From: Candidatus Eiseniibacteriota bacterium
Lineage (GTDB): Bacteria; Eisenbacteria; RBG-16-71-46
Reading direction: 5' to 3'
NCBI GenBank assembly: GCA_041483195.1
Contig: JBGPFC010000016.1
Span: 22,004-86,003 of the forward strand
Length of the DNA stretch: 64,000 nt
Position 1 is the first letter of the stretch; each line of letters opens with the position of its first letter. Both the position numbers and the translations under genes were made by a program. This document shows positions 48,848 to 58,357 of the stretch, in pieces. A model generated the notes under the pieces. That model was not told where the DNA came from. It was given only the letters and a program-made list of their open reading frames with translations, and did not search any database.

Positions 48848-49966
48848 TCAGCGCAGCAGCAGCAATCGCCCCGCGCCGCGATACGCGCCGGCTTCCACGC
48901 GCAGGAAGTACGCGCCGGGCGGAAGCCTGCGCCCCGCGTCGTCGCGGCCGTCCCAGCTCGCGGAGAACGCTCCGGCGGGCCGCGGCTCGTCGAGCAGCAC
49001 GCGCACCGGGCGCCCGCTCACGTCGAGGATCGTGATGCGAACCCGCGCCGGGGACGAGACGCGCAGATCGAATCGCGCGGCGTCGCGGAACGGGTTGGGG
49101 CGGATCGCCTCGATGCGCGCGCCGGCGCCGGGCCGTGGCTCCGGAGTTGCGGCAGCGCACGCGAGGGTGGCGACCTTCGCGTCGTGAAACACCTCGACGC
49201 AGCTCTGCCCGAGATCGAGCGCGGTCATGCCGTAGGGGTATGCTCCGTTCGCGAGGTCGCCACCCCCGTCATCGCGGCCGTCCCAGCTCACGACGTGCTG
49301 GCCGGCGGCGAGCATCCCGTTCACGAGCGTGCGCACCACGTGAGACGAGTCGCGGCTCCACACCTCGAGGTGGACCTCGGCGGTCTGCGGCACGCGAAAG
49401 AAGATGCTCGTGCCCTGCGGGGATCCCTCGACGCCCGCGGGACAGAAGGCGTCCGGATCGTTCTGGCCGAGGCTCCACCAGAAACCGCAGCGCACGCGCG
49501 CGACCCGCATGTCCTCGAAGAGCACGGCGGCGGTGGACACTTCCCGCGCGGTCAGGCGGTACGGATAGTCCCCATCGGCGAGCATCGCGCCCGTGCCGTC
49601 GCGCCCGTCGAAGCTCACCTGGTAGCGGCCGGCGGCCTGCGTCGCGCCGATCGCCGTTCGCAGCACCGTCGCGCTGTCCAAGCTCAGCACCTCGAGCGTC
49701 ACCGAGGACGACTGCTGGAGCTGGTAATCGATCAGCGTGAGGTGCGGGCCGCCGGCGAGCGTCGTGTCCGGACAGAATGGATCGGGGCAGCTCTGCGTCA
49801 GCCCCCACTCGGGGGGCGGAGGAGGAGGTCCGTCGGCGCATGCGACGGCGGCGAGGCGTGGCGCGAGCGCCAGCCCCGCGATCATCGAGGCGGCGGCGAT
49901 GGCGCGAAGTGACCCAGGCGCGAGCCGCGCGAGCCGCCCGCCGGCGGCAAAGATGGTTGCCTTCAT
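48848..49966 (-). CDS. Secreted protein built from three tandem FlgD-Ig/CTD-like domains
   Basis: Signal peptide; three repeats each with P(D/N)xF...VR.L...G...(W/F)DGRD..G..L..G.Y. Confidence 0.8.
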   Translation of the reverse strand: MKATIFAAGGRLARLAPGSLRAIAAASMIAGLALAPRLAAVACADGPPPPPPEWGLTQSCPDPFCPDTTLAGGPHLTLIDYQLQQSSSVTLEVLSLDSATVLRTAIGATQAAGRYQVSFDGRDGTGAMLADGDYPYRLTAREVSTAAVLFEDMRVARVRCGFWWSLGQNDPDAFCPAGVEGSPQGTSIFFRVPQTAEVHLEVWSRDSSHVVRTLVNGMLAAGQHVVSWDGRDDGGGDLANGAYPYGMTALDLGQSCVEVFHDAKVATLACAAATPEPRPGAGARIEAIRPNPFRDAARFDLRVSSPARVRITILDVSGRPVRVLLDEPRPAGAFSASWDGRDDAGRRLPPGAYFLRVEAGAYRGAGRLLLLR

Positions 49967-50050
49967 CGCGACCTCCGTGATGCCGGGCCCGCCGATCGCG
50001 GCGCGCCGGGCCGGTTGACCCTGTTCGCGGCGGGATGACAGAGTGCCGGC

Positions 50051-51508
50051 GTGCGCCAGCCTCCCGCCACGAACGGCTCCCGTTGGTTTCTCGCCGCGCT
50101 CATCTTCGTCGCAGCGTACTGGTTGTTCGACCTCGCGATCTTACACGCCGGCGCCCCCGATCCGCTCGACGATTCGTGGGAGTACGGCGTGGTCGCACGC
50201 TCGTTGCTCGCGGGGCACGGGTTCCGCACCGGCGTGATCCATCCGCCGCTCTGGACGCTGCGCGACGCGAACGGGACGGTGCCGGTCCTGATCCACGGCC
50301 CGCTGATCCCGGTGCTGATCGCCCCGCTCATCTCGGCGTTCGGCAACGGCGTGCTCGACCGGCTCGCGTGGCTGGCGGCGCTGTTCGCGCTGCTCGCGGC
50401 ATGGGCGACCTATCGCCTCGGCGCGCGCGCCTTCGGTCCCGAGGCGGGCGCCGCGGCCGCCGCGCTGTTCACCGTATCCCCGCTCATGCTCGAAGCCGTG
50501 CATCACGATCTCTCCCTGCCGCTCGGCGCCGCGCTGCTCGGATTCGCGATCGAGCGGCTGCACGCGCCGCGGCCGCGCCCGCTGGTCGCGGGGATCGCGC
50601 TGGGCCTTGCATCGCTCGCGCGTCCCGAGATGCTGATCGCGGCGCTGGTGCTCATGCCCTTCGCGGGCCGCGCGTGGTGGCGGCTCGGGCTCGCCGCCGC
50701 GGCGTGCGCTCTCCCGTGGTGGGTTCATACCGCGCGCGCCGTCGGAACGCCGCTCTTCAATCTCTCGTCGTACCTGCTGGTCGGATACTGGGGCCAGCGG
50801 CCGGATCTGACCGTGCTTCGCGACTTCGATCTCACGCCGGCGCGCTGGCCCGGCGAGCTGCTGCGCGCGCTCCCCGGGCTGCCCGGCAAGTGGGCCGACT
50901 TCTTCCCGCACGCGATGAAGCGCGCGCTGCTGGTGCCGACCGGCGGCTGCGGCTGGCTCGCGATCGCGGGGGCGCTCGCCATGCCGCGCGAAGCGCGGCG
51001 GCTCGGCGCCACGATGCTCTCGCTGGCGATCATTCCCATCGCGATCATGACGGCCACGCTCTATGACCCGCGATACCTCACGCCGTTCCTGCCGCTCTGG
51101 GCGGGGCCCGTCGCATGGGGCGCGCGCGCGCTCGCGGCGCGGCTGCCGGCCTGGGCTCGAAGGCCCCGGCTCTGGATCTCGGCACTCGCGCTGATCGCGG
51201 CGCCGTCGGTGGGCCCCGCGCTGCACGAGGGCGCGCGCGAGGCGCGAGGGCTAGAGGTGCGCCTCGCCCGCGAGCGCCTGGCGCTCGCACCGCTCGCCGC
51301 CGGGGCGCACGAAGAGCCGCGGCCGATGTTCTCCGACACGCCCGACTTCGTGGCGTGGACAACGTCGCGACCCGTGGTGTGGATCACGGCCGATGAATGG
51401 GGGCGCCTCCCGCTCGTCGAAGCGGGCGGCGCGCAGGCGCGTCCCGCGCGCGGCGAGCCGGGGGCGACGTCGTTCCATGCGCGCGCCCCCGCGCCGTGGG
51501 GGCGCTGA
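50051..51508 (+). CDS. GT-C (ArnT/PMT-like) membrane glycosyltransferase
   Basis: DDSWEY after TM1, many TMs, LARPE, RYLTPF. Confidence 0.65.
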   Translation: MRQPPATNGSRWFLAALIFVAAYWLFDLAILHAGAPDPLDDSWEYGVVARSLLAGHGFRTGVIHPPLWTLRDANGTVPVLIHGPLIPVLIAPLISAFGNGVLDRLAWLAALFALLAAWATYRLGARAFGPEAGAAAAALFTVSPLMLEAVHHDLSLPLGAALLGFAIERLHAPRPRPLVAGIALGLASLARPEMLIAALVLMPFAGRAWWRLGLAAAACALPWWVHTARAVGTPLFNLSSYLLVGYWGQRPDLTVLRDFDLTPARWPGELLRALPGLPGKWADFFPHAMKRALLVPTGGCGWLAIAGALAMPREARRLGATMLSLAIIPIAIMTATLYDPRYLTPFLPLWAGPVAWGARALAARLPAWARRPRLWISALALIAAPSVGPALHEGAREARGLEVRLARERLALAPLAAGAHEEPRPMFSDTPDFVAWTTSRPVVWITADEWGRLPLVEAGGAQARPARGEPGATSFHARAPAPWGR

Positions 51509-51602
51509 GTCGCTCACGGGATCGTTTCGCGGCACGCCGGCATCGGATAGACTCGTGCTCGGCCCTCCCCCACCCGAAGCGGTCCACCCCGTGGAAATTC
51601 GC

Positions 51603-54302
51603 ATGCGCGCGACCCCGACAGCCCGCCTTCGCATTCTCGCGTTCGCCATCGCGCTGATCGCCCAGCATGCGGCGCTCGCGGCGCCGGTCCCGGGACCGCA
51701 CGCCGGGCTCGGGCGCGCGCGGGAGCGCGCATGGCCGGGCGAGTCGCCGGAGGCGGGCGCCCGAACGCTTCCGCGCTGCGGCGCGTCGCCCGACGGCCTC
51801 GCCGGCGCGCTCGCCGATCACGAAGCGCGCGCCCTGAACGATCCGCTGCCCACGCCCCACTCGATCGACGCCGGCGAGATCGCGGTGCTCGAGGACGACG
51901 GCACGTTCTTCTACACGAACAAGGGCAACGACGTGATCCTCGATCTGGAGAGCGCGGCGCGCGCGTTCTATCGAACGCACGGGGACGACTACGACTTCAT
52001 CGCGTTCTACCTCGCGAGCGGCCACACCACGTACCTCGGCTCCCCCACCGCGCTCGCCTCGGCGTTCGTGGTGCGCAACCCGACTCAGGGGATCGGGCTC
52101 GACACGTTCGACGACGGCCGCGAGTTCGGCAGCACCTCGCGCCTTCAGTCCATGCTCTCCATGAACGGCATTCATCTCTACGCCGACCGGCCCGACTCCT
52201 CGGCCGGACCCGACGACTTCTCCCCGCTCGACTTCCTCGCGCACGAGCTGGGACATCGCTGGCTCGCGTACGTGGACGTGGACTCCGCCGGCACGCCGGT
52301 GCCCGCGTTGCTCGGCCGCGGCTACGCGCACTGGAACTTCTTCTTCGACTGCGACGCCTCGGTCATGGAGGGCTGCGACTGGGCGCGACTCCCGGCCGAC
52401 TCGTTCGCGACCGACAGCGTGACGGTGGGCTACGGAGCGCTCGACCTCTACCTGATGGGGCTCGCCTCGAAGGCCGAGACCGATTCGTTCTTCGTCGTGA
52501 ACGATCCGCACGACATGAACCCGCCCGACATCTACGTGCCCTATTCCATCCCCGCCGTCGGCGTGGGCTGCAACGGCCGCGCGACCTGGTGGCACGTGAG
52601 CGACATCGAGGGGGCGAACGGCCCGCGGGTGCCAGACGCCGCGAGTGCTCCCCACGCGTTTCGCATGGCGGTGGCGCTAGTCACCGCGCGCGACAGCGCG
52701 GCGAGCGCGGCCGATCTCGCGAAGCTCGAGGCGATCCGCTCGCAATTCCCCGCCTACTTCGAGAAGGCCACGCGGTACCACGGCACCATCGACCTCACGC
52801 TCGACTCGCACGCGGGCCGCGTGTGCATCGCGCATCAGAATCTCGGCGACATCGAGAGCGCATTGCAAACGCGCCCGGTGGGCGCGCGCGTCTCGATCGC
52901 GCAGGGCGGCATCCCGATCGCGCTCGACCCGGGCAGCGTCGAGCTGTTCTGGCGCCCGGCGGGCGGCGGCGCCTTCGACTCGGTCGCGTTCGCGCCGGCG
53001 GGCGCCGACTCGTTCGCCGCCACTTTTCCCGCGGCGGGGACGTTCGGCACCGTCGAGTACTACCTCCACGCCGCGAGCGATTCGAGCGGGATCGACGCTT
53101 TCGATCCGCCTTCGGGTCCGCTCGCGCCCTACACGTTCGAGGTCGGCCCGGACCTCACGCCGCCGGTCATCGTCCACGTGCCGGTGCAGGCGCAGGGCGC
53201 GGCGCGCATGCCGCAGACGCTGATCGCGAAGGTCACGGACAACCTCGGCGTGGACTCGGTGTGGGTGGAGTTCGCGACCGACGGCGGGCCGGCGCAGAGC
53301 GCGGCCGCGACTTCCGCGGGGCGCGACTCGTTCAAGGTGGCGCTCGGCGGCGGGCTCGCTTCCGGGCAGCGCCTCGCCTACCGCTTCGTCGCGCGCGACG
53401 CCTCGGCCGCGCACGGCATCGCCACCTCGAGCGCCGGCTACGACACGCTGCTCGTCGGACGGGACTGGACGCTCGACTTCGAGAACGGCGCAGAGGGGAT
53501 GCTGCACCAGATCTGGTGGTACTCGTACCGCGACGCCTGGCACCTCACGCAGGAGGCATCCTCGCCGCCTGGCGGTACCGCGTGGAAGTGCGGCGGCGGC
53601 GATTCCACAGCGTATCCGGTTCACCTCGACGCGAATCTCTACCTGCCGGTCCTGACCGACATCGTTCCCGGCACCGTGGTGCGCTTCGATCACCGCTACG
53701 GGCTGGAGCAGGCGGACGCATTCTACGCGTGGGACGGCGCGCGGCTCGAGATCTCGGTGGACGGGGGCGCGTTTCAGGCGCTCACGCCGCTCGCCGGATA
53801 CAGTCACGTGTTGCTCCACAACTCGAACCCGTTCGTTCAGGGCTCGCCGTGCTGGAGCGGCGACTCGCCAGCGTGGCGCACCGAGACCGTGGATCTCACG
53901 CCGTACGCCGGCGCGTCGGCGCGAATTCGCTTCCGCATGCTCGCCGACGACTTCACCGGCGGGCTCGGCTGGTTCGTGGACCGCGTGCGCGTGCTGTACC
54001 CCGGACCCACGGCCGCGGTGGCGGAGGTAACGCCCCGCATCTCGATCGGGCGCCCGTGGCCGAATCCTTCCGGCGGATCGCTGCGGCTCGCGGCCTCGCT
54101 CCCGCGCGCGAGCGACGGCGAGTGGTCGCTCTACGATCTCGCGGGACGGCGGGTCGCGACGCTGTGGCGCGGGTTGCTCGCGGCGGGCCGCAACGACCTC
54201 TCGGCCACGCTCCCACCCGGGCTCCGCAGCGGCCTGTACTTCACGCAGCTGAATCTCGGCGGACGCGTGGCGAGCCGCGATCGCATCGCGCTGGTGCGCT
54301 AG
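51603..54302 (+). CDS. Large secreted zinc metallopeptidase-like protein with beta-rich domains and a PNP-type C-terminal domain
   Basis: Signal peptide, AHELGHRW (HExxH), later DGARLEIS..GG and IRFR...D...GWFVD, C-terminal PWPNP...YDLAGRRV...SGLYF. Confidence 0.75.
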   Translation: MRATPTARLRILAFAIALIAQHAALAAPVPGPHAGLGRARERAWPGESPEAGARTLPRCGASPDGLAGALADHEARALNDPLPTPHSIDAGEIAVLEDDGTFFYTNKGNDVILDLESAARAFYRTHGDDYDFIAFYLASGHTTYLGSPTALASAFVVRNPTQGIGLDTFDDGREFGSTSRLQSMLSMNGIHLYADRPDSSAGPDDFSPLDFLAHELGHRWLAYVDVDSAGTPVPALLGRGYAHWNFFFDCDASVMEGCDWARLPADSFATDSVTVGYGALDLYLMGLASKAETDSFFVVNDPHDMNPPDIYVPYSIPAVGVGCNGRATWWHVSDIEGANGPRVPDAASAPHAFRMAVALVTARDSAASAADLAKLEAIRSQFPAYFEKATRYHGTIDLTLDSHAGRVCIAHQNLGDIESALQTRPVGARVSIAQGGIPIALDPGSVELFWRPAGGGAFDSVAFAPAGADSFAATFPAAGTFGTVEYYLHAASDSSGIDAFDPPSGPLAPYTFEVGPDLTPPVIVHVPVQAQGAARMPQTLIAKVTDNLGVDSVWVEFATDGGPAQSAAATSAGRDSFKVALGGGLASGQRLAYRFVARDASAAHGIATSSAGYDTLLVGRDWTLDFENGAEGMLHQIWWYSYRDAWHLTQEASSPPGGTAWKCGGGDSTAYPVHLDANLYLPVLTDIVPGTVVRFDHRYGLEQADAFYAWDGARLEISVDGGAFQALTPLAGYSHVLLHNSNPFVQGSPCWSGDSPAWRTETVDLTPYAGASARIRFRMLADDFTGGLGWFVDRVRVLYPGPTAAVAEVTPRISIGRPWPNPSGGSLRLAASLPRASDGEWSLYDLAGRRVATLWRGLLAAGRNDLSATLPPGLRSGLYFTQLNLGGRVASRDRIALVR

Positions 54303-54374
54303 CGCGGGGCTTCGCCGGAGCCGCCAGCCGGCAAGTTCGCCCGGTCGCCGCGGCGCGCGCGAGCCCGCGGCCGG

Positions 54375-55592
54375 CTACTCGTAACGCAGCGCGTCCACCG
54401 GATCGAGGCGCGAGGCGCGGCGCGCGGGGTAGAAGCCGAAGAACACGCCCACCATGCTCGCGAAGCCGAAGGCGAGCGCGACAGCTCCCGGCTGGATCAG
54501 GGTCGGCCAGCGCGCGATCTGGGTGATGACCGTCGCCGAGCCGACGCCCAGCAGCACGCCGAGCGCGCCGCCCGCGAGCGCGAGGAACGAGGCCTCGACC
54601 AGGAACTGCAGCAGGATGTCGCGCCGCCTCGCCCCGATCGCGCGGCGGATGCCGATCTCGCGCGTGCGCTCGGTCACCGACACCAGCATGATGTTCATGA
54701 TCCCGATGCCGCCCACCAGCAGCGAGACCGCGGCGATGCTCGCGAGCAGCATCGTCATGACCTTGGAGGTCGCCTCGGCCGAGTTCGCGATGTCGAGCTG
54801 GGTGTAGATGAAGAAGTCGGCGTCGGCGCCGGGGCGGATGCGGTGGCGCTGCCGCAGCAGGTCGGTGATCTGCGTGCTGGCCTCGTTCACGGCGCTCTCG
54901 CTCACCGCCGAGAGCGAGATGGAGTTCACGTAGGTGATGCCGATCAGCTTGCGCTGCGCGGTGGTGAGCGGCACGAGCGCGACGTCGTCCTGGTTGCCGC
55001 CCATTCCCTGCCCGCCCTTGAAGGCGAGCACGCCCACCACCCGGAACGGAATGTCCTTGATGCGCACGGTCTGACCCACGGGATCGGCGTCGCCGAACAG
55101 CTGCTGCGCGACGTTCTTCCCGATCACGCACACTTTCGCAGCCCCCCGCACGTCGGAGTCGGTGATGAACACACCGGATTCCACCGGCCACTGGCGGATG
55201 ATCGTGAAGTCGGCCGTGGTGCCCTGCACCTGCGTGCTCCAGTTCTGGTTCCCGGCCACCATCTGCGCAACGGTGCGCACCATGGGGGCGACCGCTTCGA
55301 CCGCGGGGCATTCGCTCCTGATGGCTGCGGCGTCCTCGACCGTCAGCGTCGTGATGCTACCCATGCCGCTGCGCGCGCCGCCGGCGGTCACGGTGCCGGG
55401 CACCACCGTCATGACGTTGGCGCCGAGCGCGCGGATCTGAGCCTGCACCGCCGCGCGCGCGCCCTGCCCGATCGCGAGCGTCGCGATCACGGCCGCGACG
55501 CCGATCACGATGCCGAGCACGGTGAGCGCGGAGCGCATGCGATTGCGCGAGAGCGCCTGGAGTCCGACGTGAATCAGCCCCGCGAGGTTCAT
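54375..55592 (-). CDS. MacB-like ABC transporter permease (no fused ATPase)
   Basis: RSALTVLGIVIGV, GGIGIMNIMLVSVTERTREIGIR, PARRASRLDPVDALRYE. Confidence 0.93.
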   Translation of the reverse strand: MNLAGLIHVGLQALSRNRMRSALTVLGIVIGVAAVIATLAIGQGARAAVQAQIRALGANVMTVVPGTVTAGGARSGMGSITTLTVEDAAAIRSECPAVEAVAPMVRTVAQMVAGNQNWSTQVQGTTADFTIIRQWPVESGVFITDSDVRGAAKVCVIGKNVAQQLFGDADPVGQTVRIKDIPFRVVGVLAFKGGQGMGGNQDDVALVPLTTAQRKLIGITYVNSISLSAVSESAVNEASTQITDLLRQRHRIRPGADADFFIYTQLDIANSAEATSKVMTMLLASIAAVSLLVGGIGIMNIMLVSVTERTREIGIRRAIGARRRDILLQFLVEASFLALAGGALGVLLGVGSATVITQIARWPTLIQPGAVALAFGFASMVGVFFGFYPARRASRLDPVDALRYE

Positions 55593-57163
55593 CGTCCGCC
55601 TCCGCGTCCACCACGACCGCCGCCGAATCCCGGGCCGCCGAGGCCGGGCGGCGGCTGCAGCGCCGTCTTCGAAGCCGCCGTCTCCATTCCCACCACGACC
55701 AGGTCGCCGGGCTTCAAGGCGTCGCTCGCGATCTCGACCGCCGCGCCGTCGCTGATCCCCGTCATGACCGCGACGCGAATCGGCCTCCCGTCCCGAAGCA
55801 CGTAGATCGCGCCCGGCTTCATCACGGTTTCGGGATCGGCGGTGCCCGGTGTGACGCCCGCGCCACCCGGGGCCGCGCCCCGGCCGCCCGCGCCGCGCGC
55901 CGTGGACGCGCCGCCGCCTTCGCCCGGCGCACCGGATCCATGCGACTCCCGCCACTTCGCCATCGCCTGCGCGATCTGTTCATCCGACATGCCGCGAGCC
56001 TTCATGCGGCTCACGATCTCGTCGCGGCTCGGGGCGCCGCCGCCGCCCTGGCCCCACGCGCCGCCGCGAGGCCCCGCGCCTGCAGGCGTGCCGGCGTCCG
56101 CGGCGCTTCCGATTCCGGCGCCCGCGCGAGCGCGCGATCCGCCGGCTCCGGCCCCCGGCATTCCCGCAGCGGTCGAGGCGCCGTCGCGAGCGAACGCGCC
56201 CGCCCCGCCCGTGCCGCCCGAGGCGCGCGCGCCGGCACGCGCGCCGCCGTTCACGGCCGGATGGAAGCGCAGGGCGGCGTTCGGGACCTTCAACACGTCG
56301 TCCTTCTTCTGGACCAGCACCGAGACGTTCGCCGTCATCCCCGGCCGCAGCTTGAGATCGTCGTTGCGCGTGTGAATCACGGTGGTGTAGGTCACCACGC
56401 CCTGCTCGACGATCGGCTCGAGCCGCACCTGCGCGACCCGGCCCTCGAACGAGAGGTCGGGGAACGCGTCGACGGTGAAGGTCACCGGCAGTCCCGTGCT
56501 GATGCGGCCGATGTCCGCCTCGTCGATGCGGGTCTCGACCTGCATCTGCGAGAGGTCGTTCGCGATGACGAACAGCTGCGGCGCCTGGAGGCTGGCCGCG
56601 ACCGTCTGCCCAACGTCGATCGAGCGCGAGATCACGACGCCGTCGATGGGCGCGTGGATCGTGGTGTTCGCGAGGTCCACCTGCGCCGCCTCGAGCTGCG
56701 CACGCGCCTGCTTGAGGTCCGCCTCGCGCTGCTCGACCGCGACCTGCGCGGCCTCGACGTCGGCCTGCGACACGTAGTCGTCCTTGACGAGCTCGGACGT
56801 GCGCCGGAGCTGGCGCTGCCCGTCGTTGAGCGCCGCCTGCGCGCGCGCGACCGACGCCTCGGCCTGCAGCTCGCGCGCGCGAAACGCCGACGGCTCGATC
56901 TGGCAAAGGACGTCGCCCGCCTTCACGCGCGCGTTGTAATCGGTCATGAGCTTGTTCACCGTGCCGCTCACCTGGCTCCCGACCAGGACCTGCACGACCG
57001 GGCGCACGGTGCCGGTCGCCGACACGACGGTCTCGATCGCGCCGCGCTCCACGGCGGCGGTGCGGTACTTCGGCTCCTCCGATTGTCCACGGGACCTGAG
57101 CCACAGTCCGGCGACGACCACCACCACGACGACGGCGAGCCCGATCCAACGCCAACGGTTCAA
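55589..57163 (-). CDS. MacA-like periplasmic adaptor subunit with a long Gly/Ala-rich insert
   Basis: VGSQVSG, IHAPIDGVV, GQTVAASLQAP, DEADIG, LRPGMTA. Confidence 0.9.
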   Translation of the reverse strand: MNRWRWIGLAVVVVVVVAGLWLRSRGQSEEPKYRTAAVERGAIETVVSATGTVRPVVQVLVGSQVSGTVNKLMTDYNARVKAGDVLCQIEPSAFRARELQAEASVARAQAALNDGQRQLRRTSELVKDDYVSQADVEAAQVAVEQREADLKQARAQLEAAQVDLANTTIHAPIDGVVISRSIDVGQTVAASLQAPQLFVIANDLSQMQVETRIDEADIGRISTGLPVTFTVDAFPDLSFEGRVAQVRLEPIVEQGVVTYTTVIHTRNDDLKLRPGMTANVSVLVQKKDDVLKVPNAALRFHPAVNGGARAGARASGGTGGAGAFARDGASTAAGMPGAGAGGSRARAGAGIGSAADAGTPAGAGPRGGAWGQGGGGAPSRDEIVSRMKARGMSDEQIAQAMAKWRESHGSGAPGEGGGASTARGAGGRGAAPGGAGVTPGTADPETVMKPGAIYVLRDGRPIRVAVMTGISDGAAVEIASDALKPGDLVVVGMETAASKTALQPPPGLGGPGFGGGRGGRGGGR

Positions 57164-57410
57164 GGTTCCTCCGACGATTCCGGATTACATGCGGCGCCGC
57201 GCCGCGCCCACCGGCGCGGACCATGATAGACGATCGAGCATAGCCGCGGGTTGCTCAGGGAGCCCACGCGCGGCCGACGAACGCGCCCCCCGCGGCGACG
57301 GATGCGTTCCGAGCGCGCCATTGCGCCCGCGCACACTTGCGGGCGCCCGGGCGGCGGTCCATGATGCGTCCCTCCTGTCCCCGCGGGATCCTTGAGGAGG
57401 AGATCGGCCC

Positions 57411-58334
57411 GTGAACCCGCGCGCCAACCATCGCCTGCAGCGGATCAGCCACATTCTGTGGGTCATCTTTTGGCTCAACCTGCTGGTGGCGGCCGCGAAG
57501 CTGGTCTACGGCTACCTCTCGGGCGCGATCGCCATCACGGCGGACGGCGTGCACTCGCTGCTCGACGCCTCTTCCAACGTGGTCGGCCTCGTGGGCATGG
57601 CCGCCGCGCGCCGCCCGCCCGACGCGAATCATCCATACGGCCATCGCAAGTACGAGACGGTCGCGGCGCTCGGCGTCGGCGCGATGCTGTTCGTCGGGTG
57701 CTACGCGATCGGACTCGAGGCGCTCGACCGGCTCCGCCACCCGCGGCTGCCCGAGGTCTCCGCGGCGGGGTTCGCGATCATCGGGCTGACGCTCGCCATC
57801 AACCTGTTCGTGGTCGGGATCGAGCGTCGCGAGGGTCGAAAGCTCAACAGCGAGCTGCTGATCGCCGACGCCGCGCACACCGGCAGCGACGTCGCAGCGA
57901 GCCTGCTCGTGCTCGTGAGTTTTTCCTTCGCGCGGCTGCACCTCGTGTGGATCGACATCGCCGCCGCCGCGCTGATCATCGTGCTCATCCTGCGCGCCGG
58001 CCTCGAGGTGCTGCGCGGCACGCTGCCCACGCTCTCGGACGAGCGGAGGATCGAGCCCGCGCTGGTGGAGGCCGCGGCGCTCGAAGAGCCGGGCGTGCTC
58101 GAGGCCCACAACGTGCGCTCGCGCGGGCCGCTCGACGACATCCATCTCGACATGCACATCCTGGTGGATCCCGGATCGCCGATCGCGGACGCGCACCAGG
58201 TGGGCCATCGCGTCGAGCGCCGGCTGCGTGAGCGCTGGAGCGGGCTCACCGACGTCGTGGTGCACGTCGAGCCCGGGATCGACAGCGAGCGCGCGCGCAC
58301 CCGCGAGGGCGGCGGATTGCACGCGGAGGGCTGA
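57411..58334 (+). CDS. Cation diffusion facilitator transporter
   Basis: ADGVHSLLD, HPYGH.K.E, ADAAHTGSD, C-terminal VHVEP; GAGGAG RBS. Confidence 0.92.
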   Translation: MNPRANHRLQRISHILWVIFWLNLLVAAAKLVYGYLSGAIAITADGVHSLLDASSNVVGLVGMAAARRPPDANHPYGHRKYETVAALGVGAMLFVGCYAIGLEALDRLRHPRLPEVSAAGFAIIGLTLAINLFVVGIERREGRKLNSELLIADAAHTGSDVAASLLVLVSFSFARLHLVWIDIAAAALIIVLILRAGLEVLRGTLPTLSDERRIEPALVEAAALEEPGVLEAHNVRSRGPLDDIHLDMHILVDPGSPIADAHQVGHRVERRLRERWSGLTDVVVHVEPGIDSERARTREGGGLHAEG

Positions 58335-58357
58335 AGCCCATCCGGGGTTCGCAGCGC

